Source: Octopus sinensis (Eukaryota). Taken from it: a DNA stretch of 64,000 nt. Below are positions 13,638-25,566 of this stretch, piece after piece. The first letter of the stretch is position 1. Every line of letters starts with the position of its first letter. Position numbers and translations under genes: made by a program. The notes below the pieces were generated by a model. The model was given only the letters and a program-made list of their open reading frames with translations. It was not told the origin of the DNA and ran no database searches. Where the stretch lies: positions 24,924,001-24,988,000 of the forward strand of contig NC_043016.1 in assembly GCF_006345805.1 (NCBI RefSeq). The letters run 5' to 3'.

Positions 13638-13870
13638 TTATTTCTTTATTGCCCACGAGGGGTTACACACAGAGGGGACAAACAAGGACAGACAAAAGGA
13701 TATAGTCAATTATATCGACTCCAGTGTGTAACTGGTACTTAATTAATCAACCCCGAAAAGATAAAAGGCAAAGTTGACCTCGGCAGAATTTGAACTCAGA
13801 ACATAGTGGCAGACGAAATACTGCTAGGCATTTTGCCTGGTGTGCTAACGTTTCTACCACCTTGCTGCTT
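13638..13870 (-). mobile_element. tRNA-derived SINE family b, tail type i
   Basis: Reverse complement of the family b copy at 61408-61643. Confidence 0.85.
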
Positions 13871-14139
13871 TTCTGCCAACCACACAGTTTCTGCCAACCA
13901 AATTTCTCTAGAAAGAACTTTGGGTGGGATGAGGCTAATGTTAGTAGAACTATTTTGCCAAGATGCTATGCAGAACTTTTGAAAATTCCCACCTAATATC
14001 CAGTGAAAATGATTGCATCAAATATATGTAATGGTTCAAGAAGACAATACTTCCTGATGGTTATTATGTTAATTAGTTTAATAAATGAAATGTCATTTTA
14101 ACAAACAATACCAATTGCACCAAATCTAATATTGCTATT

Positions 14140-14580
14140 ACCAACAGCAGCAGCAGCACCACCACCACCACCACCACCATTACCACCACCACTACCACCA
14201 GTAGCAGCAGCACCAAGCACCAGCACTACCATCATCATCACTACAATGGTGATAACAATAATGATGGTAATCACCATCACCATCAACACCAACAATCACC
14301 AACATTACAATTACCACCATCATCATCATCATCATGACCATTTCCACTACCACCTTCACCACCATCACTACCACCATAACTACCACCTTCACCACCACCA
14401 CCATCATGTTCACCACCATGACGATGACCACCACCACCATCACCACCACTACCATCAATACTACCATTATGACGATGATGATAACAAGAATGACAACTGC
14501 CATTATCATCACCACAACAATCACCATGCCACAAATAACACTTCCACCACTAGCATCATCATCATTATCATCATTATGTC
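14140..14580. repeat. (CAG/CAC/CAT)n compound trinucleotide tract
   Basis: Direct reading; produces the His/Thr-rich ORFs. Confidence 0.9.
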
Positions 14581-14839
14581 TGTATCCAAGATCAGTCAAT
14601 ACTAACATGGGACCAGTACATGTCTATTTCTTTATAGCAAAGTACAATGAATGCACCCATCACCTGGATTAAGAAAGACAAAAAATGACTGAAAATTCTT
14701 GCTCCATGCTCACAAAGTTTGTAGGTTAAAATCTAGTGTCAGTGGTGTATACTCAGAAACAATGAAATTGTGAATATGTTAAGGTAAACATCAGAACTAT
14801 TAAATGAAATAGTGTTTAAATAGAATTATATACTGTGTG

Positions 14840-14879
<40 letters not shown>

Positions 14880-14946
14880 TGTGTGTGTGGGGTGTGTGAG
14901 AGTGTGTATTGATGTTTACACACACATGTATATACATATATATATA

Positions 14947-14976
<30 letters not shown>

Positions 14977-14980
<4 letters not shown>

Positions 14981-15355
14981 CTCTCGACACATGTTTCGAA
15001 GACGCCATACTGTGGTCACCATGTAGGCAATCATCAAAAACTTTTGTTCGTTGTGGCTGAAAGAGGCTCCTTATCTTTCTGATGAGAAGATGCATAATAC
15101 ACCCTTTATTCCTTCGGAATTATAAGTATGCCCTCTTCGAAAACATGTGTCGAGAGTAAAGAAATTTTGTTAAAATATTCGTTCAACTCCATTCTTTTCA
15201 TTATTCATTTAAAAACACACAAATTTCCACACAAGAATCCGGAGTTTCTACCCTTGACAGGTCGCTTCAACCGTGTTTTCTGACGTGAATTTGCTACCCA
15301 GGTATCGGTTTTAAACGAATTTCCATGCTAGGATAATCATTCACCTACTTAAATA
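14977..15355 (+). mobile_element. Family A element: short inverted arm, ribozyme and trailer, bounded by (AT)n
   Basis: 14977-15003 is inverted relative to 15134-15160; trailer 15190-15355 is the reverse complement of 11592-11760. Confidence 0.75.
15075..15156 (+). ncRNA. Hammerhead ribozyme motif (slightly degenerate)
   Basis: CTGATGA / GAAGA...TCTTC / GAAAA / C-ATGT-GTC / GAGAG; one extra A, and one C lost from stem I relative to 11944-12022. Confidence 0.65.
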
Positions 15356-15387
<32 letters not shown>

Positions 15388-15394
15388 TATATAT

Positions 15395-15545
15395 TGTTAT
15401 ATTTCGGAATGGTCATTTGCCAGGTTAGCCAATAAAAAACACATGCACTATATATTTGATGTTACTTTGCTTCAGTGTTATTTATTTTTTACATTATCTT
15501 AATCTTATTTCAGCCAGAGTTCTTTCGTCACACTCCTGTGACCGC
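15395..15545 (+). repeat. Left half of the fold-back MITE family seen at 33813 and 49012
   Basis: Shares ATTT(C/T)GG(A/G)ATGGTCAT...AAACACATGCACT. Confidence 0.6.
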
Positions 15546-15569
15546 ATGTATGTATGTATATATCTCTGT

Positions 15570-15604
<35 letters not shown>

Positions 15605-15642
15605 GTGAATATATAAAGTGTATATATATATATATATATATA

Positions 15643-15688
<46 letters not shown>

Positions 15689-15699
15689 TGAAGCATGAT

Positions 15700-16225
15700 A
15701 TTCGAATGTGGTCCTAATGGAAGTGATGACAGTGACCTTTGGTGATATGTTGTGCTTGAGAAAACTTGAGCCAAGTAAAATTGTTGTCATGACCATTGCC
15801 ACTGTCATGTGAATGGCATCAGTGAAATTGTAATTGTGGCCATTGCAAGTAGCATGATCTTCGAATGTTGGGCCTCATGGAGGTGATGACAAGTGACTGA
15901 GACCTTTGGCTGTATGTTGCACTTGAGAAGACTCAAATCAAGAGAAATCAGAGTCATGACCGCTGCCAGTGTTATGCGCATGGCACCCATGAAATCGTAA
16001 TTATGGTTGTTGCCAGTGTCTTGTAAATGGTACCAATGCCGGTGGCTTGTAAAGTGCATGCATCCATCCATTACACTCTCAGAGTGGTTGGCAATTAGGA
16101 AGGATATCCAGCTGTGGAAGCTATGCCAAATCAGAAAGAACCTGGTGCAGTTCTCCGGTTTACCTGTTCTAGTCAGACCATCCAACCCATGCCAGCATGG
16201 AAAGCGAATGTGAAATGATGATGAT
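15700..16225 (+). mobile_element. RTE 3' end/3' UTR fragment
   Basis: Ends ccatccaacccatgccagcatggaaagcgaatgtgaaa(tga)n like the other RTE tails. Confidence 0.75.
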
Positions 16226-16974
16226 GATGAGGAGGAGGAGGATGGTGGCGGTTGTGGTGGTGGTGGTGGTGGTGGTGGTGGTGATGATGATATATACACA
16301 CACGTATATAAAATCAACATTATCAACATGATTTAATGTCTACTTCCTATGCTGGCATGGGTGAGATAATTTGATAGGGAACCGGTGAGCTTGCAGTTCT
16401 GCATCATGCACCAATGTCATCTTTAGCATGGTTTCTCTGGCCTGGATACCCTTCCTAATGCCAACTAATTTACAGTGTGTACTGGATGTTATTTTTGTAC
16501 TGCCAGCACTAGTGAGGTTGCCATGTAATTTGCAAGGCAGAAAAATAGAAAAAGAGAAGGAAAGAAGGAAAATGCTCACACTACTAAGAAAGAGTATTTG
16601 TGAGGGGAAGGTGGAGGTGAGTATGCCAGATGTTGAAAAACTAAAGTGTTATAGAGGAACAAACAGAGCTGTCTTGCTATAGAAGAGATATATAGCTGAG
16701 GGAAATAAGAGGAACATAGTGATGGGGTGCAAGAACAATTTTCAAGGAACAAGGAACAAGTAGGTAAGCATAAGAAAGGACAAGGATAGTGGGTCATGGG
16801 AAGGAATGAGAGAATGGATACTTTCATAAAAGTGTGAAAAAGAAGCAAACAAGTGGAGGTAGAGATTAGAGAAGAGAATGATGAACAAGGATGGAGTGCA
16901 GATGATGGGAAATACCGTTTTGCAGAGGAGTAAGGTGTAATACATAATACATATATAATATATATGTATGTGTA

Positions 16975-17148
16975 CTGCGTGTCATTTCCAAATTTCTGGC
17001 AGAGTGAATTGAGTGATGTTGCTGTTTTTCTCACAGACAGTGCCCAACTGACCTTACTAAACTGCATAGTTGACAAAATCAAAAACAAACAATATGCATG
17101 CGTGAAATTAAAATTATGAAATGGTGGCAGTTTACTCATCGCACCCTG

Positions 17149-17151
<3 letters not shown>
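16975..17151 (-). mobile_element. Possible Tc1/mariner terminal fragment
   Basis: Minus strand begins TA-CAGGGTGCGATGAGTAAA next to (TA)n; no partner TIR seen. Confidence 0.35.
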
Positions 17152-17208
<57 letters not shown>

Positions 17209-17253
17209 CATAAATAAATGGAGTTAAACACATGTATTGTTCAAATTCTTTTA

Positions 17254-17340
17254 CTTCTGACACATGTTTCGAAGATATCACTGGTATTATTCCAAAGGAA
17301 TAAAATGGTATAAAACAATGTAATCTTCTCTTCAGGGAAA
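17254..17340 (-). ncRNA. Hammerhead ribozyme motif (left arm)
   Basis: Minus strand: TTTCC / CTGAAGA / GAAGAT...ATCTTC / GAAA / C-ATGT-GTC / AGAAG; the first stem I pair is a C:A mismatch. Confidence 0.7.
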
Positions 17341-17988
17341 TAAAGAAACTTGTCAATAAGACATTTTAACAGAATATGATGGATATGTATAGTGATTAAC
17401 TGAATTCTATTAAGTTTGTTTTAAAAAAACATAAGAGGATATAACGTCAAAGGTAGCCTATAAAAAGAGTAGGGGCTTAGTAAATAAATTTGGTATCTAA
17501 AAGACCACGATAAACAATTTAATTTAGAATGGTTGATTCTTTCAATTTCAATACCTTGTGATAAAAGCAAGGATCCTGTCTTCTCTGTAATTCTGAACTA
17601 TTTTTTATTCTTTTTTTCTAAAAATCCCCTTGTAAACATGGTTATAGAGCATGTATACTGATGTAAACATTGGCAGAAATACACCTTTAGTTCATATAAG
17701 TGATATCTATCATTATATATAATTTAAGCATTAATTTTCTTCTTACATTTCACATTCACTAGATATATCTTTTTCTAAGACTATAGGGTTTTATTTAATA
17801 TACATATCGTTATATACTTCTCATTTGTTTGTTTCTTTCTTTCCTTTACCCCTCCTCTTTCTATTGGCTACCTTTGACGTTATATTCTCTAACTTTTTTT
17901 TAAAACAAACTTAAAAGTGTTCAGTTAATCACTATACATATCCATCATTTTCTGTTGAAATGTCTTATTGATGAGTTTCATTTCTTCA

Positions 17989-18075
17989 TTTCCCTGAAGA
18001 GAAGATTACATTGTTTTACACCATTTTATTCCTTTGGAATAATACCAGCGATATCTTCGAAACATGTGTCGGAAG
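17989..18075 (+). ncRNA. Hammerhead ribozyme motif, the most canonical copy
   Basis: TTTCC / CTGAAGA / GAAGAT...ATCTTC / GAAA / C-ATGT-GTC / GGAAG; 6-bp stem II base plus internal hairpin TTATTCC-TTT-GGAATAA (18026-18042). Confidence 0.85.
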
Positions 18076-18288
18076 TAAAAGAATTTGAATAACACCTGCG
18101 TTTAACTCCATTTATTTATTTATATATATTATACAAAATATTTCATGTAAACCCGGAGTTTCTACCTTTAAGAACAAGGAGTTATAACCTTTTTACTTGT
18201 GTGATTTGTTGCTACCCTGGTAACTCTTTATCTATTTTTTCCGCGTTAATTGTTATACCCATCTATTTATGTATATGTGTGTGTGTGT

Positions 18289-18327
<39 letters not shown>

Positions 18328-18634
18328 TGTAGGCAAATTTATAGACATCACTAAAGTGACAGAGAGTACTAAGAGGTACCTGCATTGCTAATAAGCCACC
18401 CACATTATTTATATATATGTATACCAGCAGAATACCTGATGTTGCTAAGAAACGGATAATTGACTCAGCTCAAGAATTATTTGAAACAACATTTATATTT
18501 TTTGAAACAGAAATACATAGCTCAAAAATACACACACACACACACATGCATACACACAATACACGCACACACAATACACACACACACACATACAATACAC
18601 ACACAATATGCACATGCTCACACACACACTCTCA

Positions 18635-19000
18635 CTGTTGGGCAGGAATACAGCGATGAATTTAGAGAACAGGTAGGAGTGCACCAGGGCTTGGTTTTCT
18701 GTCCCCATATGTTCGTCATTGTCCTCCTCCAGGCTGTAACAGGAATTTAAGACTAGGTGTCCCTTGGGAACTATCATATGATGATTACCTCATTCTCATA
18801 ATGGAATCTGTAGTAGAATTAGAAAAGAAATTCTGTGTGGAAGCAAAACCTGGAATCAAAGAGCCTTAAAGTTAACTTAGCAAAGACCTAAGTTCTAGTA
18901 AGCCAGAAATTAAACATGATTCAACTCCCTTCAGGTAATGACCATGCTTGATATGTAGAAAAGGTATAGGCAGGAATTCCATATGATGTACCCAAAGCAT
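18635..19000 (+). mobile_element. RTE LINE RT fragment
   Basis: VGQEYSDEFREQVGVHQGLVFCP (ORF 18460-18750), collinear with the RTE RT. Confidence 0.8.
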
Positions 19001-19004
19001 TGAT

Positions 19005-20270
19005 GATTTTAAGTTTTACAGTCAGGCCAATATCTGTCTTGACACAGCTGCAGCTGGAGCCTTCTTATAGCTTCCTATATATATTTAGACATTGTTGGAG
19101 AATCAAGTTCTTCCATAGTGATTCCCAATGGATGTTGTCAAAGGGCCTTTTGATGTCCCTAAAGGTGATTGACAGTGCCGACCAGAACTCTATATTCTAT
19201 GTAAAAATTTGTGCAGCTGAAGAGTGGCTGGAATGAAATCTTATTTGTTCTCTTGCTATTTTGTATAAATGCTTGTAAAATCCTGTTCAGTAACATTTGC
19301 AGAAAACTTTAGCTGGAATGGGGAGCAAAGTAATTACTAACCAGTTGTTGTAGTCTACCAGGTCTGTATTCTTTTGTTTTTTGGAAGCTTCACAATGACC
19401 CTTTTTCTTCAAATGGCCAGGGCTTACTGTTATTCCCTGTATTTGTTGACAATGTACCTTCTAATTTATTGCTGTGAGTGTTTGCAGGTATTTGCTTGTA
19501 TGCAAGCTTTGTCCTTCTTCACAAGTAACCATCATCAATTAAAAAAATCTAATTTAATCTTGAAATCCTTGTCTGTACATTTTACACATTGTGATTGTTG
19601 TAAGACATGTGTGCATGTGCGCAAGTGCACAGCTTAGTGGTAACATAATCTCTTCAACAGATGTTTTAGTGATATTGTTACTTTTGCGCCACTGTACTTC
19701 AAGAATTCACCAGAGATTTGGTTATATCCAGCAGCTTTGTTGTTTTCTCAGGTTTATCAGTGCTTGTTTTATATTCTCTTATGTGATCAAATCAGTTCTC
19801 ACTTGCAGGATTCAGAGGGTGGTTCAAGGTAAAATTTTAAGAGTTTGACTGAGTCTCACTAGTCCAAACTATCTAGGATGTGTTCCAGCAATAAGCCACT
19901 TTGTTCCTTGCTTGTTTAGTATTTCTTTGAACTCGTGAACTTTCTGGCATTGCAGTACAACATTTTTATGTAATTCCTGCAACCTTCATCTTCTGTCTTT
20001 TTCTTGTTAGTTTAGTAACTCTGCTTTACCAGACAATCTAATAAATGGTACTCTACAACAGTTTCTTTTCTATTTTTGCCAGTTTTTGCCTGTTCTTAGC
20101 TGTCTTATGTTGATAAAAATATTTCCACGATCCTTCTCTTATCTTAACAACTGCTTCTTCTGTGACAATAATACATCTTGCATTATCTGTTACCGCTGTT
20201 TTGAAAATAGTTTGTAGTTCTTTAGTGTGGTTGAAATCTGTTCTTCAGCTGTAACTGGTACAGCTCAACA
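19005..20270 (-). mobile_element. Highly degenerate RTE-type LINE, different lineage
   Basis: Minus-strand remnants ENNKAAGYNQISGEFLKYSG, AKVFC, EQIRF, DIKRPFDNIHWESLWK. Confidence 0.65.
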
Positions 20271-20438
20271 GTTATGTCATTTAGTCACTCATTATATATA
20301 ATATGTATGTATGTATATATGCATGTATGTATGTATGTATGTATGTATGTATGTATGTATGTATATGAATGTATATATATGTGTGTATATATATATATAT
20401 GTATGTATATATATATATATATAATATATATATATATA

Positions 20439-20511
<73 letters not shown>

Positions 20512-20599
20512 TAATAGGCAAATCAAAATTTAAAAATAACAAATAACAAAACCACAAAATCACCCGTTTTATATATTCTATATTATTTATATATATTCA

Positions 20600-20800
20600 A
20601 TTAGAGTTGTGTTATATATCACTATGTTTGACCGCTAAATCCACAAGATTTTTTATTCTCTCTATGTTTATTTTCTCTTATTCCTTTCTGTTGAAGAGCA
20701 TAGGCTCGAAACATAAAAGACTGTCTCACTTTCCTGAGCATCAAACTAATACATCTGCTTGTTGTTCATACACCTGTTTCATCTTTTGTTTTTCTGTAAA
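20600..20800 (+). repeat. Family C repeat with minimal hammerhead-like motif at 20683-20720
   Basis: CTTT / CTGTTGA / A / GAGC-ATAG-GCTC / GAAA / CA-TA / AAAG. Confidence 0.65.
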
Positions 20801-21150
20801 TTTCAATACTGCTTGCTTGTCTACTTCTTGTTTCACCATTAAAAATAGATACACACAAACTTATATTTGCACACCTAAATATTTAATGGCTTTTTAAATC
20901 TAAAAGAGCCTAATAAATCAGGGGTGGGGTCTCAATAATTTTAAAAGAACTCATTTGGGTTTTTAAAAATATAAAAGTAAAAAAAAACTGCAAATTATTT
21001 GATTGCTGTAAATATATTTTTTAATTCTGAACTCCATATTCTCAGAGTTAAAGAGGCCACCAAACACTGCTTTCTTGTGAGTAGAGATCAATGTAATGGA
21101 ATCAAATGCACCCAACAATGCAGAAGAAACACTGCAACATATTATGTAAC

Positions 21151-21248
21151 CTGATGAGGTTCCTTCTGCACTGTGGGATGCATTTGATTTCATTACATCA
21201 TTTTCCACCCACCAGGGAGTAGTGCAAATGTAAGCCGAAACAATCGTC
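21151..21248 (+). ncRNA. Hammerhead-like core with long stem II; stem I not recognisable
   Basis: CTGATGA / GGTT...TGCACT...AGTGCA...AGCC / GAAA / C-AATC-GTC. Confidence 0.4.
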
Positions 21249-21323
21249 ATGCGAAATAAAGCTTACACTACACTCTGTCCTCCCTAGTGATTATTTAAAA
21301 TATGCATATATATATATATATAT

Positions 21324-24030
21324 ATGACCCTCCTGGGTGAAGAATGTATCCCTCAGCATAGACTAATCATCAGTGACTTTAAGCTTGAGGCTAGAAGGAC
21401 TCCAAGAAACAAACCAATCCAGAAAAGAAGGATTTGGAGGCTAAAGAACCCTTCGCATGGTCAGAAATTTAGGGACATACTCATCAAGAAATTTGATGAG
21501 AGGGAGGAGGAGCTTCAGACGTCAGACATAGAAGGTAGCTGGGAATTCCTACGGGACAGCTTGTTGAGTGCCACAGACCAAGTCTGTGGATGGTGCAAGT
21601 CCCTTCCAGACCTAGAATTACGTGGTGGTGGAATAGTGCAGTAGATAAAGCCATCTGTGAAAAGAGACGCCTGGAAGCCTGGAAGGATGGGGGCAGCAGG
21701 GAACTGTACCAGATAGCCAAAAGGAGGCTGGGCGGCAGGTTACATTGCCAAAGATGTAGCAGAAAGAAGAAGTTTGCCAATGTCCAGCGTCGCGAGGATC
21801 AAAGAGCTGAAGTATTTCGGATTGCCAGACAGTGTGTCAGAGAAAATAGCGATGTTATAGGAGAGAAATGTGTCCGCATGGATGATGGGGCACTTGCTTT
21901 TACTACTAGTGAAAAGAAAGAGGCTTGGAGAAGCCATTATGAAAGACTGCTGAATGAGGAGAATGAATGGGAGGAGGAGAAGCTGCCAAATGTTGACCCA
22001 GTAGAGGGACCAGCTACCCGAATAGACAGCTCCCTTGTAGATAAGGCAATTAAGGATATGAAACCAGGCAAAGCCCCTGGCCTATCAGGAATCACTGCTG
22101 AGATGCTTAAAACAGCTGGCTATGTGGGCTATGCCATAGTCACCCGCATTGTAAACCAGGTAGTTCACAATGGAGTCATACCAATGACTGGTGCAGCAGC
22201 ACCATAGTCAACTGCTACAAGGGTAAGGGTGATGCTCTAGATAGAAATAACTACAGAGGTATCAAACTGTTGGACCAGGTGATGAGGTCTCAGAGAAGGT
22301 CATAACCAATCTCATTAGGGAGAGAATTGTTTAGATGAAATGCAGTTCGGTTTTGTACCAGGTAGAAGCACCACTGATGCTATATTCCTGGTCCGACAAC
22401 TGCAGGAGAAGTACCTAGCTAAAGATAAACCCCTCTACATAGCTTTTGTAGACTTGGAGAAAGCCTTTGACAGGGTTCCCCCCGTTCCCTTATCTGGTGG
22501 TCGATGCGGAAACTGGAGATTGAAGAATGGCTAATAAGGGCTGTACAGGCTCTATACAGAGAGGCTGTCAGCAAGGTTAGGATTGGCAACGATATATGAA
22601 TTCCTGGTAGAAGTAGGTGTGCACCAGGGCTCAGCCCTCAGTCCCCTTTTATTCATCATAGTCCTTCAGGCAATAACAGAGGATTCAAAACGGGATGCCC
22701 CTGGGAGCTCCTCTATGCCGATGACCTAGCTCTCATAGCAGAATCACTACCGGAACTAGAAGAGAATTTCGGTGTGGAAGCAAGGGTTGGAATCAAAGGG
22801 CCTTAGAATAATGTAGCAAAGACCAAAGTATTAGTAAGCAGCAAGAGGTACTCAGCACACATCCCCCCTCGGGGTGGCCCTGCTCAACCTGTAGGAAGGT
22901 ACAAGAACTCCATAAGATGCACCCAATGTAGTTATGGACACTAAGAGGTGCAGCAACATTAAAGGGAAATTAACAGATAAGATAGCTTTCATGTGCGGCA
23001 GATGCACAGGGACAATAGACACAACAGAACACTCAGAAAACAGATTCCATCACACTCCAGGGAGAGAAACTAGAAGTAGTTGATAGTTTCCGCTACCTGG
23101 GTGACCAAGTTAGTAGCGGAGGTGGATGCACAGAGAGTATCACCACTAGAATACGAATAGCTGGGCAAAGTTCAGAAAGCTCCTACCCCTACTGGCAACA
23201 AAAGGTCTCTCCCTCAGAGCAAAAGGTAGATTGTATGATGCATGTGTGCGAACTGCCATGCTTCACGGTAATGAAACATGGGCTGTGACTGCAGAAGACA
23301 TGCGTAGACTTGAAAGAAATGAAGCTAGCATGATCCGCTGGATGTGTAGTGTCAGTGTGCACGCAAAACAGAGTGTAAGTATCCTGAGAGAAATGCTGGA
23401 TATAAGAAGCATCAGATGTGGTGTGCGCAAGAGCGACGCTTGCGATGGTATGGTCATGTGCTGCGGATGGATGAAGAGATGTGTGAAGAAGTGCCACTCC
23501 CAAACAGTTGAAGGTATCAGGGGGAGAGGTAGACCCAGGAAGACATGGATGAGGTGGTCAAGCATGACCTCAGAGCATTGGGCCTCACTGAGGCAATGGC
23601 GAAGGACCGAGATCTCTGGAGATATGCTGTGACTACAAAGACCCGGGCTGCTTTCTGCAGCAATTCCACATACCCCCTACCCATTCTAAGTACCCCGGAT
23701 CCCCAAAGTACCCTGGATCCCCAAAGTACCCCGATCCCCAAAGTACCCGGACCTCGTTGCCCCGTGGCCGCTGACACGTTAAAATAATGCTCGAACCGAT
23801 CGTGACGATGCCGGACCCTCCGGCCCCTGTGCAGGTGGCACGTAAAAAGCACCACAATCCACTCACGGAGTGGTTGGCGTTAGAAGGGCATCCATCCAGC
23901 CGTAGAAACTCTGCCAGATTCAGACTGGAGCCTGGAGCGGCCCCTGGCTTCCCAGACCCGGTCGAACCGTCCACCAACCCGTGCTAGCGCGGAAAGCGGA
24001 CGTTAAACGATGATGATGATGATGATGATA
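21324..24030 (+). mobile_element. 5'-truncated, frameshifted RTE LINE with (GAT)n tail and about 41-bp flanking direct repeat
   Basis: ORFs 21324-21644, 21590-22207, 22340-22534 and 23231-23632 carry PQHRLIISDF, KPGKAPG, QFGF, FVDLEKAFD; YADD at about 22715. Confidence 0.95.
23688..23752 (+). repeat. 18-bp minisatellite (about 3.6 copies) inside the RTE 3' UTR
   Basis: Unit aagtaccccggatcccca. Confidence 0.9.
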
Positions 24031-24094
24031 TATATATATATATATCACTGTCCTCCCAAGTGATTATTTAAAATATTCATGTATATATAAAATA

Positions 24095-25085
24095 GACTCC
24101 ATCAACTGCCAATGGGGCAAGTTAGAGGTAGTAGATAGTTTCCATTATCTAGATGGCCAAGTTAGTAGTGGAGGTGGATGCTCCAAGAGCATAGTTGTGA
24201 GAATAAGATTAGGCTGGACAAAATTCAGGGAGATCCTAAATTCAGGGAGCCCTAATAAAGGGCCTCTCTCTCAGAGTGAAAGGCAGATTGTATGATGAAA
24301 CATGGGCTGTGATAGCTGAGGACATGCATAGGCTTGAAAGAGATGAAGCCAGTATGCTTTGCTGGATCTGCAATGTCAGTGTGCATGTTCAACAGATTGT
24401 AATCATCTTGAAGGAAAAGTGGGGCATAAGAGACATCAGATGTAGTGAGTGAGAGAAATGACAGTGCTGGTATGGTCATGTGATGCGTAAGAATGAGGAC
24501 AGCTGTGTAAAAAAGTGCCGATCTCTAACTATGGAGGGAACCTGTGGTAGAGGTAGATCCAGGAAGACATGAGAAGAGGTGGTGAAGCATGATCTTTGAA
24601 CTTTAGGTCACACAGATGCAATGACTAGTGACCGAGACCTTTGGAGATATTCTGTGCTTGAGAAGAGGTAACTGGCACCCATGCCAGTGGCAGGTAGAAG
24701 GCACCTTTCAAGTGTTGGGCCTCATGGAGGCAATGACCGAGACCGTTAGCATTAAGTCATGTTTAAGAAGAAAACCCTTCAAGCCAAGTAAAATTACAGT
24801 CATAGCAGATAGTAGTGTCTTGCAAATGGCACCCATGCTGGTGGCACATAAAAGCATCCATTACACTCTTGGAGTGTTTGGCATCTAGTTGTAGAAACCT
24901 TGTCCTGGAAGGGCATCCAGCTGTAGAAACAATGCCAAATCAGACTGAGTCTGGTGCAGCCTTCTAACTTACCAGCACTGGTCAAACCATCCAACCCATG
25001 CCAGCATGGACAACAGATGTTAAATGATGATGATGATGATGTTGATGTTGATGATGATGAAGATGATGATGATGATGATGATGAT
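24095..25085 (+). mobile_element. Second degenerate RTE 3' fragment with tail
   Basis: LEVVDSFHYL..SSGGGC-like segment, RGRSRKT and a (GAT)n tail. Confidence 0.8.
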
Positions 25086-25289
25086 ATATATATACACACA
25101 AACACACTAACACACACACATAATATATACATATACCTATACATGTATATATGTGTATGTATGTATATATATATATATATATATATTACCCCTCTTCGAT
25201 ATCCTACGTTCTACTGCCTAGAACCTGTCATCATTTCTCTGAACCACCCCTCCCACTGGTGCTCCCTATATTTCTGCACCCCCCCCCAC

Positions 25290-25530
25290 ATAAAAAGCAC
25301 CATCCGAACGTGGCCGATGCCAGACCCCTCTGGCACCTGTGCAGGTGGCACGTAAAAAGCACCACTACACTCGCGGAGTGGTGGTTGCGTTAGGAAGGGC
25401 ATCCAGCTGTAGAAACCACTGCCAGACTAGACTGGAGCCTGGGCAGTCCCGAGCTCCCCAGACCCCGGTCGAAACCGTCCAACCCGTGCTAGCGCGGAAA
25501 ACGGACGTTAAACGATGATGATGATTGTGA
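25290..25530 (+). mobile_element. RTE 3' UTR-only copy of the young subfamily
   Basis: Ends aacccgtgctagcgcggaaaacggacgttaaacgatgatg, as at 23975-24030. Confidence 0.8.
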
Positions 25531-25566
25531 TGAGATGATGATATATATATATATATATTATATATA

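Larger units (their letters stand above)
17211..18119. mobile_element. Family A' fold-back element: about 250-bp inverted arms, each carrying a complete hammerhead motif
   Basis: 17211-17458 is the reverse complement of 17866-18119; about 400-bp AT-rich spacer; (TA)n on both sides. Confidence 0.8.

Noticed and set aside
14132-14605. 157-aa Pro/His-rich ORF
   Set aside because: It is entirely a CAG/CAC/CAT trinucleotide tract that is open in several frames on both strands.
20963-21250. Minus-strand 95-aa ORF as a host exon
   Set aside because: No recognisable domain and no convincing splice sites; the plus strand carries a ribozyme-like core instead.
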